Source of the DNA: Eledone cirrhosa
Taxonomy: Eukaryota
Assembly (NCBI GenBank): GCA_964016885.1
Contig: OZ024741.1
Span: 146,692,001-146,756,000 of the forward strand
Direction: 5' to 3'
DNA length: 64,000 nt
A program made the position numbers and the translations under genes. Of the stretch, positions 11,903 to 25,909 are shown piece after piece. Numbering within the stretch: the stretch's first letter is position 1; each line of letters opens with the position of its first letter. The notes below the pieces were generated by a model. It searched no databases. It was not told the DNA's origin and worked only from the letters and a program-made list of their open reading frames with translations.

Positions 11903-12481
11903 GTATGTGTGTGTGTGTAATATTTGTATGCATTGTATATCTAGTTTAATGATGCAAGTTATATATTTAGGCAACAGATTAAAATAAGGGGGAAGGGGAA
12001 AAGTATCAAAGCATAGACATTTCTGAGGAGATAGAATATGTTCACGTCACAAGAAATTGATATCAAACTTCTTTATGACAAAGATAAACTAATGGTTATA
12101 CCAACTTGGAAATATTCCATTATTTTTCGTGTTTTTTTTTGTTTTTGTTTTTTATTTCTACACCAGATAGAAATGTTCCAGAAACTAAACTATTATACAT
12201 TAGCAGAATTAGTCACCTTGGATTTTGTTTGATCTTTTTATTTCAAACATTACTGTATAAAAGTGTGCATATGCCATATGCATGCATGTATTTATGACTA
12301 CATATGTATTTATGTTTGTGTCTGTCACATAATCTATGTTTGCATGTGTATATGTGTGAGTTATATTTTAGTTGCTATAATATTAGAATGTTATTACATT
12401 GATAGTAAATTGGTAATAATACAAATACTTGCAGGTAATCTCAAGAGGACACATAAATAAGATTACATTATATGTAGTACA

Positions 12482-12672
12482 GGGCGGTGGATTGGCAGTA
12501 TCGGTAGAGAGTTGGACACCATGCTTTGAAGCATAGAGTTACGTCCCTTTATGATATGAGTTCAAATCACGCCGAGGTTAACTTTGCCTTTCATCCTTAT
12601 GGGGTCGATAAAATAAAGTACCAGTAATGTACTGGGTAATTGCTGGCCTTGTGCCTAAAATAGAAACAATTA
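12482..12672 (+). mobile_element. Family-A SINE with 17 bp TSD
   Basis: TSD attatatgtagtacagg at 12467-12483 and 12669-12685; A and B boxes present. Confidence 0.9.
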
Positions 12673-14291
12673 TATGTAGTACAGGAACATATATAAACTA
12701 TATGCATATGTACTCATAAAATTCATATACATATAAAATTCATATGCATAACCTCCTATGACATTGTATTCCATAGGAGGTCTCTCAAATGTTTAAATGA
12801 TAAAGGCCCCAGTACTATCAGGAAAAGCAATGTGAAATAAAGTATCTTGCTTAAGAACACAGTTTGCCACTTAATCCAGGAATTGAATACCAGGAATCCA
12901 ATCCAATACCCTAAACACTAGGCCATGTGCCTTCATAATTATAAAGTAAAATTCATCCTATACTTTAAAAGTCCTTTCTAATGTCGCTGGGATTTTCTAA
13001 ACATTTATAATAAGCATTTCCCCATAGATCATATATAGTTTACCTTCAGTAATCTATGATTGCACCAAAAGCTTCAATAAAAAATCCAATAAACATATTG
13101 GGGACAAACATGTAAAACTCCTGCCATTTATATAATTATAACAACCCTAATATCTGTTCTCTTAATGATATGCATCTTTTTAAAGCATTAGTTTATCAAG
13201 CCAGGATCTCTCTTGCAAATAAAATAGATGATAGTGTATAATACTCGTTTAAATATTTTTTTTAAAGGATTATTGCAACATGTATATATATTGAAAAACT
13301 CAGAAAAACACCTTACTAAGACACTCTCGAAATATAGAATTTCATTACCTCACACTTGAATTTTTAACAAAATGTCTGAGTTGACGAATTTCTGCAGATT
13401 CTTCAATAGCAATTTATTCAAGGATTTCCAATTACTAACTGACTAGCAAATCTTATTTCCTACCTAAGGCCTGAAAAGTACAGTATCTAAAAAAAATAAT
13501 TTCCTATTTCAGAAACATTCATATGATATTCCATCAATAAAATCACTTTCCTTGCTCCAATTTCTTTTGCATGTGTGGCTAAAAAATTAAAGTATCACAT
13601 GTTTTGGGCAGGTGGTATTTAGAAGATATAGATATCATTCCTATTGATTTTGGGGGACAACCAAACAAATCTTGATATACAGTTAACTAATTATATCTGG
13701 ATATGCAAAGAAATATTTTTGCTCGTATAATGTAATACTGCATTACTTCACCAATCATTTAAACAATCAAATGCTAAACTTAGTTTTAATTCAAAAATAT
13801 TCTTTTTCTAATAAAATATATACACTGTATATTGAAAACTGTGGATATTTGTTTCTCCATTTATAAATTCAAAAGCTGACTAATCCACATGCACTCTATA
13901 AAAATGTTAATTATATCTTCAATCTTAATACATCTAGATTGAAAATGTTTACCTGTTGCTGTAATTTTTGTCTCCTATCAGCCATGTTATAAATAATATT
14001 TTGAAACCTTGAAAGTGTATCATATTTATAATTATAAGAGGTTCAGTAAAAGTAGTTGATCTACAGATTAGATACACTGCTCAGTGATTAGCTTTATTGT
14101 AATCTAAAAGGAATATCTGAGAAAAAAGTGTATTTCATATAACATTTGATGATTATTCAGAAGAACACACATAGAGAAACACATATATATATGTGTGTGC
14201 GTGTGTGTAATATATACATATGTATACAGACACCACACTAACACATACATACAGACATATATATATCTATATCTATTTATCTCTTTCTATA

Positions 14292-14500
14292 TATCATCAT
14301 CATTTAATGTCCATTTTTCATGGATAGAACAGGTTGTGAGAGATCCAGGTCGAAGGATCATTTTTCACTTACATAGAACTGATTTGGGCTTGGTTTCTAC
14401 ATCTGGATGCCCTTCCTAATGCCAGCCACATTTACAGTGTCTGCTGGGTGCTTTTTTTCATGGCTGTCATGACCATTTTATAGTATTGACTGGGTGCTTT
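14292..14500 (-). mobile_element. RTE-type 3' UTR fragment
   Basis: (cat)n tail and 'ggatgcccttcctaatgccagccacatttacag'. Confidence 0.75.
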
Positions 14501-15389
14501 TACAGTTCCAAAAGTACAGTAGTCAGAGTAAGAACAAGATGGATAAAGGTCAGGGAGATACTACCGTTGTTAGCTACAAATGGTTTTCCCCTTAAAATGA
14601 AGGGCAGATTGTATGATGCCTGTATACAAACAGCAATGTTACATGGTACTGAGACCTGATCACTGTGTGGAGAGGACTTGCAGTGATAAGAAAGAAATGA
14701 AACATGTATGCTCTGATGGGTGGGTAATAGTAATATACACAAATAGCAAAGCGTAAATGAACTGAGAGAGAAATTAGGCATAAGAGGAATCAGATGCAGT
14801 ATGTTAGAGAGGAGATTGCATTGGTATGGTCATGAGATGCATATGAAAAATGACAGCAGTATAAATAGGTGCATGGCAATCAAAGTCGATGGAAACTATG
14901 GAGTAGGAAGATCTGGAATGAGGTGATAAAAACTGACCTTGTGCAATTACACCTCTCAAAGACAATGACATTTGATTGAGATCTTTGGTGTTATACAGTA
15001 ATACAGAAGATATGCCTTCCCATGTGCATGGACTCTCACATACATCTAGTAGGCACTTCTTAACCAATATACCCTCTTCCATACACTCCCACGACCTAAC
15101 ACCCACACACTTCTGTCCACACCATCCTTACACTGTAAAGTTATGTTAGTATCACAACAAAAAAGCATCCAGCCCACACTGTAAAGTGATTGTGTAGGAG
15201 TTATGACAAAAAGTACCCAGTACACACTGTAAATGTAGTTGGCATTAGGAAGGGCATCCATCCATAAAAACCTAGCCAGAAACAGTTCTATATGAGCAAG
15301 ACATGGTCACCTCACCCAACATGCTTCTAATAGGACAATCCATCTAGCCCATGCTAGCATGAAAAATGGACTTTAAACGATGATGATGC
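14500..15389 (+). mobile_element. Degenerate RTE 3' fragment (RT C-terminus, 3' UTR, tail)
   Basis: Translates to STVVRVRTRWIKVREILPLL...MKGRLYDACIQTAMLHGTET with stops; homologous to 56590-57500. Confidence 0.88.
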
Positions 15390-15419
15390 ATGTATACATA
15401 TATATATATACATATATAT

Positions 15420-17370
15420 CATCATCATCATCATCATCGTTTATATATGTATATAACACGCTTGCAAGGTTTGGATGGGTCCTTTTCAGCAAAGCATCTC
15501 TCCACTTGCTGCTTTCCTTCATTATCTGAGTCTCAGTGATTTGAGATCAGTTTTCACCACATCTACCCAGGTCTTGCTTGGTTTACCTCTACTGTAGCTT
15601 CCTTCCACTGGGATATCTTGGCGCTTCTTTACTCAGCAATCATCATCCATGTACATCCCATGTCCGTAACAATGCAGTCTTCTCTCTTGCACACCACTTC
15701 AGATTCCTCTTTAACCCAGTTTCTCCCTCAGTAAATGTCTCTGACATTTACATTGCACATCCAATGAAGCATGGTTGCTTCATCACTCTCCAGTCTATGC
15801 AAGTCCTTTTCAGTCACTGCCCATATTTTACTACCATCCAGCATTGCACTTCACACATTGCAAACATTGACAAACTTTATTTATTCACCCTCTTTCTGAG
15901 CTATGTATACTTGTTGTCTAGCTTCTCTCTTAGCCACCTTGTACCAGATCATGCTGCCCTCATTTTTCCAGACTCTCCAAATCTGAATCTTGACTTTAAT
16001 GGCTCTCCCCTGTATGCTGTTCTACTACCAGGTCACCCTCTGTTGGCTGGCACTTTGTTCCAGACACAAGTATCATCAGTTCACAAGAGGTTGTCACATA
16101 ATAATTTCCAGTTGTCCTCTATGTCATATGTATCTAACTCATCACCCCTCTTATCAAATGCATCCCATAGAACCTTTCTAAACCTATAATTAACAGAGAG
16201 GTCTTTTAGCTACCAGACCTTCCATCCCCATATTTTTCTGCATATCTTGTCCCATCTTGTGTTCACCCTGGTGTCACTAATAAGTTGGTCAGCACATTCT
16301 TCCTTGGAGAAAGCCTTAGCATCTATTAATGTCTGTCTATCTCATTGTCTTACAATTAAGAAATCAATCTGGCTTGTGTGTTCACCTGATTGGTACGGAA
16401 TCAAGTGGCTGGCCAGTTTCCTGAAATTTTTGTTGCAAATGGTTATTTCATTTGCATCACAAAATTCCAAAAGCCTCACTCCTTCTTCAGTTCTTCAGCC
16501 ATAACCATAGCTACTGTGAACTCTCCAGTGAATCCATCGTGATACTGTCCAACATGTCAATTGAAGTTCCCTGACAAGGCGATGAGGTCTCTTTCATCAA
16601 TAACTGAAGTTGTCTGTAAAAGTTCCTCATAGAACCTGTCCTTATGTTCTTTATTAAGTCCTGCCTATGATGCATAGGTAGCTGTAATTGTCATTATTCT
16701 ATTTCTTACAGCTATTATAAGCTTGATAATTCTGTCACTTACTCTAACTACCTCTATCACCTTATCTATCCATTTCTCAGCAAGCATAATGTCTACACCA
16801 CCTACCCCATCGTTATTTCCCACTCAGTGAAGTTTTTATCTATGCTGTTTGTCTGTGAGTAGCCTCGCTGAGGCACCCCTACATTTCACCTCTTGTACAC
16901 AGCATACATCCACTTCTCTTCTCCCTGACAATTCCATAATTTCACCTGATTTATCTTTCAGGGTGGCAACATTGAGGACAGCAACCCTGAAATTTATAAC
17001 TTAACAGTGGTTAGTTCCTTGACTAGCAGTTCTCTGTACATAGAAGTGAAAAGTTCTGTGTGATTGTTTGATGATAGTCGAAGGGTTCTCACACATGACT
17101 ACTCTAACCACCACACTGGCATCTGCAGCACTAACGTGACTAGTGTTAGTCTTGTATACACAATTAGTCTGAATCTTATTTGTTGTGCTTTCCATTATCT
17201 TGGCAGATTTTTTTCTAGTTGAATGCCCTGCCTATCACCAACCACTTTACAGCCCAGACTGGGTGCCTTAATCACTTACCAGCACCTGAGAGGTTGTCTT
17301 ATTCAACTCAAGAGACCCCCCTATCCTATATCAGTTTTTAGTCTCCTAGACGAGTTGCTTTCACCATGGC
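15420..17370 (-). mobile_element. Old internally deleted RTE: 5' UTR and APE joined to RT C-terminus and tail
   Basis: APE remnants (RVAVLNVATLK, CCVQEVK, GVGGVDI, GNFN) at 16200-17000; 'RRLHCYGH' remnant at ~15660; (cat)n tail at 15420; 5' UTR motif 'gcaactcgtctaggag' at ~17345. Confidence 0.75.
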
Positions 17371-18352
17371 TTACAGAGCCCATATATACACACAAACACA
17401 CACACACCCACACACACATACATAATGTATGTATAAGGCATATATTGGATTGAGATACTTCTTATATTGCAATTATTCTAATGTACATTTATTCTTATAG
17501 AAATTTTCCTGCCAGAAAATGGGATGCTGAAATAAAGAATAATTCTGAAAAAATAGTATAGCCACACACAAATAAAACAAGAATACATTCCATTGGCTAT
17601 CTTAGTTTGATAAATCTGCTCCAACAGATTTTATTGGGTCCTGTGCATGTGAAAACAGTAACTAAGAAAACCAAAGTTGAACAGAAAAAATGAATGGAAT
17701 AACAACAACAACCATACACAAACACACAATAATGACCTAAGAGAAATATAAATAAATATACAACAATCACACATAAACACACACTAGTGAGCAAAAATAG
17801 AATACAAACACACAGACTCAGACACTAACACACACCAAACAGTAAACACACACACAAACACATGCACAAACAGAGCCAAGAATAAATAAATAAATACATA
17901 AATAAAAAATAGACTAGACATTAAAATACAACAGGAGGAAACATAATAGTACCACTAATGATGTCACAAGTATGTGATGAAAGAACTTTGATAGACTATA
18001 TATATATTTATATATATATATTTAACTGTTGGTCAATCAATGGTAAACATTGATTGCCAATAAATTAACTATAGGGATATAAAAGATACAGAAGCAAAAA
18101 CCAGTCCAAACCAAACAGTGAGTGTGTTTTATTATTATTGCTAGCAATATCATAACAATACGATCCTCCCCAAATATTACAATATATATATATGGGGGAG
18201 GGGAGTTATGTCATGTGTATCCCTGTTTTTAGAATGGATACACCATATCTGTGCATGTTGTAAAAAGGGTTAGTGTGAAGAAGGTCATTTGGCTGTAAAT
18301 ATTGTCTCAAAATATCCCATCCAACCCATACAAATATGAAAATGAGGATGAT

Positions 18353-18399
<47 letters not shown>

Positions 18400-18534
18400 G
18401 TTTAACAAGTTTCAATGAATTCATCAATGAATAAAGTTTCACAATAGCTTAGAAGCACTCTACAAGAAGGTTTTATGGAGTTATTAATATTACTTCAAAA
18501 TATGAATAAATATAGACATTCATGTGATCAAATA

Positions 18535-18600
18535 TATTTTATTATACATATTTCAGAGGTACTGAGCTATTTCAACAGTACGTCCTCATCAGATGAAATA
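18535..18600 (-). ncRNA. Minimal type I hammerhead ribozyme (Penelope-type)
   Basis: UAUUUCAU-CUGAUGA-GGACGUACUG(uugaaauagcu)CAGUACCUCU-GAAA-UAUGUA-UA/AUAAAAUA: intact core boxes, 10 bp stem II with one mismatch, near-palindromic stem III, 8 bp stem I with one mismatch. Confidence 0.78.
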
Positions 18601-19842
18601 AGTTGATGCCTGACATACCTTGACTATGTTGATGGTTATAATTTAGTCATGGCAGTGATTAGTTATGACAAAACTCAATACCTTAAGTAGAAACATGAAA
18701 AATTATATATAATACAGAGGGTGCATATGAGAATGTGTATAAAGATATATAAATAACTAATAATATATAATACATAAACTTATATAACTGTTAAAAATTT
18801 AAATAACAATAATATATGCATACCTCATTATTGCAGATAGTGGAAGTGAGAGAACGAGATAGCAAATCATGAGGAAAGAGAGAAAAAGAAAGAGATTTGA
18901 TCGTAGGAACAAAAGAAGGGAGAAATGATCAAATGATAGAGAGAGGAAAATAAGTTTAATCGTATAAACAAAGGGAGGAAGATATGCATTGTAACGTATA
19001 AATAGCGTATAATTAGATAGGAGGGAAAGAATATCAAGGCATATGATGCGTGACCGTTTATTTTCAAATCTTATGTTAATTAGAAATAGTCAATTAATCA
19101 AATGACATAAGATTTTAGAGTATAAAATTTGAAAGGATTATATTATTGTATTATATCAGAGTTAAAGCAAATGTAACGTGAAAGAGATACATTTATGTTT
19201 ATCATAACTCCAAAGGTAATCACAAGTATATTTAAAAGTATATTAAAATTAAGAATATAATCAATATATTAGTAAAAAATCATTAAAATTAAGATGTTAT
19301 TAATAAGCCATAAAGCATTATAAATGTATTTAATAAGATATTATTAAACCAGATTTATCTAGATATACACATCTGTATAATTTATATCTAGACTATAAAG
19401 TTTAAAGTTTAAGACGATATTAGTCACTTATATATAGTATAATTACTGTTAAGAGTGTTATAAATTTGATTCAATTAGATTTTACTGTATTTAAAATTTT
19501 ACATCAAATTAAGTACAACAAAATTTATCAACTTGGGTCTAAGGAGACTTTTATACTATAAATGTACAATCATATCCTCGTGAATCGTAAATAACCATTC
19601 AAAGTAATTAAACGGTTTACAAGTCTGAATACGTATATGAGATATAAGATTTAGAAAATGCAAAAACCAAAATTAAATGTATCTAAAGGTCATACGTACT
19701 CAACAAGAGATCAGGTTAACAATTTCAGGGTTAAGGTAGAAACCCTTAATCTAATATTAATAATAGTATAAATAATAAAAGCATTACAAGAATTTTAAAT
19801 CTGACACAATACTGTTTCACGCTCAGAGTTATTAATAAACGT

Positions 19843-20560
19843 CTAAATCATTTCACATTTATTTAATGTTTTTTCCTGATTTTTTTGTGAAGATTGGAAT
19901 GTAGATGTAGCTTTGTGCAAGCAATTTGAGAATAATTCACTTTTTTTGTTAATTAAGTTATCATAATTATTAATTATTAATAGGGTCTCCATATCGCAAA
20001 GATTGCAGTTAGGTGATACTGAGGAATTTACGTAGACTTTGTTATTACAAAGTTTTGACCAAAATATTGAGTACTCTAAATTTTTGTCTTTTAAGGACAA
20101 TATAAGCTGTGATAAAGAGGGAGATAATTTCTTATCAGGATTCGAAAAAGAGTGTTTGTGATTAGAATATCTTAATTTAAAGCTCGATGAAGTTGCACCT
20201 ATATAGTTGTAGGTGATGTTATTTGCTTTAACGGTACATTTATAAACTAGGTTCTTATCAAGACAATTATTTTGCAGAGGGCAATTCGATCTGTTTCTAC
20301 AGTTACATTTCGATTTACTGTTATTACTATAATTTAAACTGTACACGTTATCATTGCTAATACTTGGAGGTGTTCTATTGTGAGCGCTTAAATTAATGTT
20401 ATTGTTATTCACAGTATCAATATTATTGCTAATGTTAATATTGCCATTATCCCTAATTGTTTGTTGGTTATGATTAAGAATTCTACTATTTATTTTTGCA
20501 ATGTTCTGAGCCATATTCATAGTTGTAGAATAAGATAGCTTAATTGTGTGTCTATTGAAT
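19843..20560 (-). CDS. Penelope-like GIY-YIG endonuclease domain (C-terminal ORF remnant)
   Basis: IKLSYSTTMNM...CNCR...CPLQNNCL...LVYK...YIG...FKLRYSNHKHSF...CNLC..E...LINKKSEL..CLH. The listed ORF N-terminus (20560-20736) is microsatellite and inverted repeat, not real coding sequence. Confidence 0.88.
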
Positions 20561-20684
20561 ATAGATGAGGACGTACTGTTGAATATAGATGAGGCCGTAC
20601 TGTTGAAATAGCTCAGTACCTCTGAAATATGTATAATAAAATATATTTGATCACATGAATGTCTATATTTATTAATATTTTGAA

Positions 20685-20731
<47 letters not shown>

Positions 20732-22180
20732 CCCATACTTCACTCACAATTCCACATATTCTCATTTGGTCTAACATTTCTTTTCACATTTATATTTATA
20801 ATGCTTCCCTTCCCATTAGCACGATATTTTTAATATGTTATATAATAGTAATACCCTTGTCTCCATTGCATTATTTTATGACACACATGTAACATATTTT
20901 GCTTCTTATTCCCCATTGGCAGCTAAACAATTATATCTTATTTTCAAAATACAATACATCTTTATATATATAGGCATGTGTATGTGTGTGTATTTCTTCA
21001 CTGATAATCTGAAATGCTTATATTTTATCTGTCTTTTATTTTACATTGTAGATATTTTTTTCATATTATCACATAAAATTCATTATTATTAATATTATTA
21101 TTATCGTCATTTTGTTTTATATTTAACTTGAAAGGAATTTATATTCATGATATATTCTGTTTTGATATGTTCAGAGAAAATAGGGATAATTACATATACC
21201 ATAACTCAAACAACAGATTCTTTCAGCTAAATACATTGTATAAACAATGGATTTTTTTTCATCACTACTGCTATTGTAGCTGATGCTGTTGTCATTTTTA
21301 ATTCAGCCCATGGGTATTAGATATGATTTTTTTAAAAAAGCAATTGTAAAAGTTTGCACATAGATTAAATGAATATGTCTACAATATATAAGCCAAAATA
21401 TAAACAGTATGAGTTAACAGATTTTCTTCAGACTTTTAATGAATACAAACTGAGACAGTGTTGTATAGCATGCAACACTGCCTTCTATTCCACTGATAAT
21501 TTTGATTCCTATCATTATAAAACATTCTATACAAATTGCGAAAACTTTTAGCTCAATCACAACAATAAAAATTAGACAAATTTTATACTAGCTGTGTGGT
21601 TAGAAAGTTTACTTCACAACCCTGAGGCTTCAGGTTTGGCCCCACTTGATATGTAAACTTAGAGGTAACATATATTTTATTGCATTGTATTAGATGTATG
21701 CTTAAAAATATTGCAAGTTTCATAGGTATACTTGGTAATGACATGTATTTTCCATTATAAGGACTAGCAGAAAAATTACCCTTTGTGCAGTGTACATATT
21801 GATATTATACACATGTGGATATGATATGTTAAATAAAATCCTAATTGACAATATGCACAGAAATTGAAGAGAGACTATGTTACACTCTCTTCTGTAATCA
21901 ATAAAGTAATCCATGATACATTTAAAAAAGACGATATTATGGCAAAATTTTATGAAAACGTTAAAGAAGAAAATTAGCGACAGAAATATAAACCATATAT
22001 AACGATGCAAATATATGAACGTTTACATAAGTGATGTAATAAGTGTAGACATTTGAAACTTTTAAAAGAAGTGAATCTTAAAATAAGCAATCATTATATA
22101 TAAGAATATTTATGTTTAATCAACAGCTACGAAATTTAGTACATAAATTGTGTAATATTCATTGATTATTTATTTAAAGT

Positions 22181-22662
22181 GGCGGTGGATTGGCAGTATC
22201 GGTAGAGGGTCGGACGCCATGCTGTGCAGCACAGTTACGTCCCTTTACGTATTGATTTCAAATCCCACCGAGGTTAACTTTGCCTTTCATCCTTACGGGG
22301 TCGATAAAATAAAGTACCAGTAATACACTGGGATAATTGCTGGCCTTGTGCCAAAAGTAGAAACAATTATTTATTTAAAGTGGTCGATAAAATAAAGTAC
22401 CAGTAAAACACTGAATAATTGCTGGCCTTGTGCCAAAAGTAGAAACAATTATTTATTTAAAGTGGTGGATTGGCAGTATCGGTAGAGGGTCTGACGCCAT
22501 GCTTTGCAGCAAAGAGTTACGGCCCTTTATGGTCTGAGTTCAAATTCTGCCGAGGTTAACTTTGCCTTTCATCCTTACGAGGTCGATAAAATAAAGTACC
22601 AGTAATGTACTGGGTAATTTCTGGCCTTGTGCCAAATGTAGAAACAATTATTTATTTAAAGT
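22181..22662 (+). mobile_element. Three tandem family-A SINEs (full, 5'-truncated, near-full)
   Basis: The 16-mer attatttatttaaagt occurs at 22165, 22366, 22448 and 22647, bracketing every copy. Confidence 0.92.
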
Positions 22663-22819
22663 AATCTAACTTATTCTACTAACAGGATACAAAAATATAT
22701 TCAGGACGCAGTATGGACATACTGTTACGTCTCATCATCAGTCTTGAAAGTGCATTTCCAGAATTGTAGTTACCTTCAGTGTTTATATTCTTTTTCTGCA
22801 CCCACTTATTCCTGAGATA

Positions 22820-23770
22820 GTCATGGGGGTAGGGTCCTCAAATGCTCCTTCCAGTGGGTCCTGCCAGAAGCAACCACCTCCAACTAATCTGGCTGCTTCC
22901 CCAAGCGAGACCAGCCAAGCTCATGGGTGTTATCCAACCATCTTGCTCACGGTCTACCACTGGGTCTTCTGCTGGTTGGTTTGGCCCGTAAAATCTGTCC
23001 AGTGATTCTTTCCTGAGACATTCTAATCCGATGCCCATAGTATTGGAGCTGTGATATCTCAATTCAAAGAAGTAATGGCTCTACCTGGAGTGATTCTCTG
23101 ATCTCCAAGCTATGCACTCTATCAAGTCATGTTACTCCCATGAACCTTCGGAGGAACCCCCATTTCATCCACTTGTATTCTATTCACAATTGTATTCTTT
23201 CAGTCATTACCCAAGATTCATGACCATAGGTAAGGGTTGGCACAAATACCAAATTAAAGTTAGCAAGTTTGGCTTTTACACCTAGCTCCTTTCTTGTGAT
23301 TACTGAATGCTGAAGCTGGTGCATTACTGTACATGCAATTCTTCTCAATTCAGCCTGCTTCCTTCTATCACTCGTGAACACAGCCCTGAGATACTTGAAC
23401 TTCCCTTCTTGCTTCAGTGTAACTCCATTCACATGTAGAGTGCACCATGCATGCTTCCTTGAGAGGATGAGTGTCTCAGTTTTCACAGCACTGATTTTCA
23501 TTCTAGTCATGTAGCAGTCAGCATCAAACCTATCAAGTGCAAGTCGGAGATCACCTGTTGAGTTAAGTAACACCATGTCATTTGCAAATTCCAGCCGACT
23601 GATTTTACACCTGCCAGTTGTGATACCACTTCCAAACCAGCTACGCATGTAAATCCTGTTCACCAAAATAATGAACAAGAGAAATGACAGTATGCACCCT
23701 TGGCAGAGTCCAATTCTCAGATTGAATACTTTCGATTTAGCACCATTTTTCCAAACACAAATACTTGGGC
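22820..23770 (-). mobile_element. Degenerate RTE-clade RT fragment (different subfamily, no PHD insert)
   Basis: GCILSFLLFII, LEFANDMVLL (decayed FADD), KFKYL, VPTLTYGHESWVMT. Confidence 0.85.
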
Positions 23771-24279
23771 ATTCTTAGAGAGATTGAAAGATGGACTGAA
23801 AAATATGTTAGATATTGGATCCTTTGACACATTACCCTTAGACCAAATAAAAAAGGAAGATAAATAATCTATCTAAGCAGCTGTATTTATGTGTGTGTGT
23901 ATATATACACAATTCTTTTTCCATCTACCACCACTGCTAAACAGGTCATACAGACAATTCATATTGATAAAATTCCAGCCAGCCAGCTGATGTTATATGT
24001 ATGAATGCAGAGTGCACAGTGTATATGTGGAATACATATGCATATATACAAATACAATTTATCATACTCCTTCTCCCTTCCCACATCTGCAGCAGCAACT
24101 CTTCATACATCGCAGTATACAAGAGTATTATATCATACAAAATAACCTGGTTTTAAAAATGACTTAACACCACAGAGTAACCTTCCCTAAATCAGACTGA
24201 ACAACATGTTTTTTTTCTGATAAAATATAAACACAACACAAAAGACATTGTTGACTTGATGTGTTTATATTTTATCAGA

Positions 24280-25450
24280 TCTTTCTATCTCTGTTTTTAA
24301 CTAAATAATTGAACACTATTGGAGATGGGAGCAGGATCAAACATTAACATAAAACAGTCTTTCATTTGGTTTCCTAAAGGGTTTATATGTGTTACTTTTT
24401 TAGGTCTAGGGTGACATCTAGAAAGTTTACAGTGGTTAGTTTACTGTCTATAGTCATTTTAAAACCATATTATATCTTTCCTTAATCTGTCTTGTGTGTG
24501 CCCATTTGTGTTATTTGCTATTGCTAGAGCATCATCTCTGTACATGTCAAAATGCATGGGTAGAAAAGCTCCTGAGATGCTTAATAGGTATAATCCAACC
24601 AAATATCTTACACCTGGGGTATCTAATGAGCCCATGTTGACATCGAAGGAGTCATTTGGATTGGCCATTTTTACCTATTCAGTACTCTCACTTAAGAAGA
24701 GGGTTCTCCTTGCATGCATTATTATTTTATGGTCTTTGCTATGTATTAGTTGGATTCTATCTGTGAAATTCAGGGCTCTATCAGATAGGTCTCTAGAGTC
24801 TGAAGGGTAAAAGTCCACACTGTGCAATTGGATAAACCTGATGTTTTTCTCATCCTTGATATTTCTAAACCACTGTTAGTCCACTGTATCAAGCCTTCTT
24901 CATATTGATATTGATTTTCCTTGGTAAGTTTTTGATAACTATACCAATTGTGGTGGTAGTGGTGATGTTGGTAGCATTCATGATTGGGGGACAGTAGTAT
25001 TAGTAGTAATAGTGGAGGTGGTGCTGGTGGCAGCAGCAGCAGCAGCAGTGGTGGTGGTGGTGGCAGGAGGAGTTTTTTTAATTCTCTTTTAGATCTTTAC
25101 TATTGGCTAACTAGACAGCCAATTCTAGATCTTGTAATTTTAATTTGTTACTTAATCTATTGTATATTACAATTTCATATATCTTAATTATTAAAAGATG
25201 ATATTGTTTCCATATCAGAAAAATTAATGTCTTCGCTGGCTTGCAAAGTAATTGAATACAACATAAAATATCTTATTTAATATTCTGTTTATAGAGTTAG
25301 ATCTTTATATCAATTATCTTCTATGTTTTATATCCAGCATGAAATACTTTCGTTTTAAAATTATTTTGTTCTTTATAGTTTCCTTTAGTATTTCGTATAC
25401 ATTGGTTAAATACCTCATGTAGTCACTTGAAGATAGAAGATAAACTTAAA
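24280..25450 (-). mobile_element. Degenerate Penelope-like (Naiad-like) RT fragment
   Basis: SFDVNMGSLD...LVGLYLL...MYRDDALAI...DRLRKDII..F at 24459-24668, VNFLDVTLDL downstream, 'DFYPS' upstream. The extent beyond ~24950 is uncertain. Confidence 0.75.
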
Positions 25451-25909
25451 AAATTTGAAACAAACATAATGCTGGCCATAACAGATTTATGATACCTTAG
25501 TGTTACTTAGATGACTTAATGAGCAGTTATCAAGTGGAAACAGAAACTCACTAGCAGAGAATTATACCAGCTCCTTCCACCAGTAACAGAAAAGATAAAG
25601 TATAGAAGAATGAAACTTATATGTCACTGTATTCAATACTGTGAGGAGATAGTAAGGGATGTTGTTCTGTGGGAACCATCAGAAGAGTATAAAAATAGAG
25701 ATAGAAGGAAAAGAAATTACATTGATAGTCTGTTGTAAAATACTGGAGTAGGTGGTGTAGGAGAGCACAGAATATTGTTGATGGATAGAGAGCTTTGGAG
25801 GGCAAAAGACAGATGGGTGACCTGGCAGTCAGCCTATTTAGATCTGTTGGGATTGATATGATATTAGAAGGCATTTCTTTTACTGGTAGTCTTTCACTAC
25901 TATTATTAT

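Larger units (their letters stand above)
18393..20690 (-). mobile_element. 5'-truncated Penelope-like element (Naiad/Neptune-like) with inverted pLTR fragment, inserted in (TA)n
   Basis: GIY-YIG ORF remnant, ~100 bp inverted repeat 18488-18590 / 20588-20690, hammerhead motif, and (TA)n on both flanks. Confidence 0.85.

Noticed and set aside
13349-13470. Stop codons rescued by A-to-I editing
   Set aside because: Four stops in 40 codons is about what AT-rich non-coding DNA gives; there is no evidence of transcription or editing.
19843-20560. Selenocysteine-containing Penelope endonuclease
   Set aside because: All conserved cysteines are ordinary Cys codons and there is no in-frame TGA.
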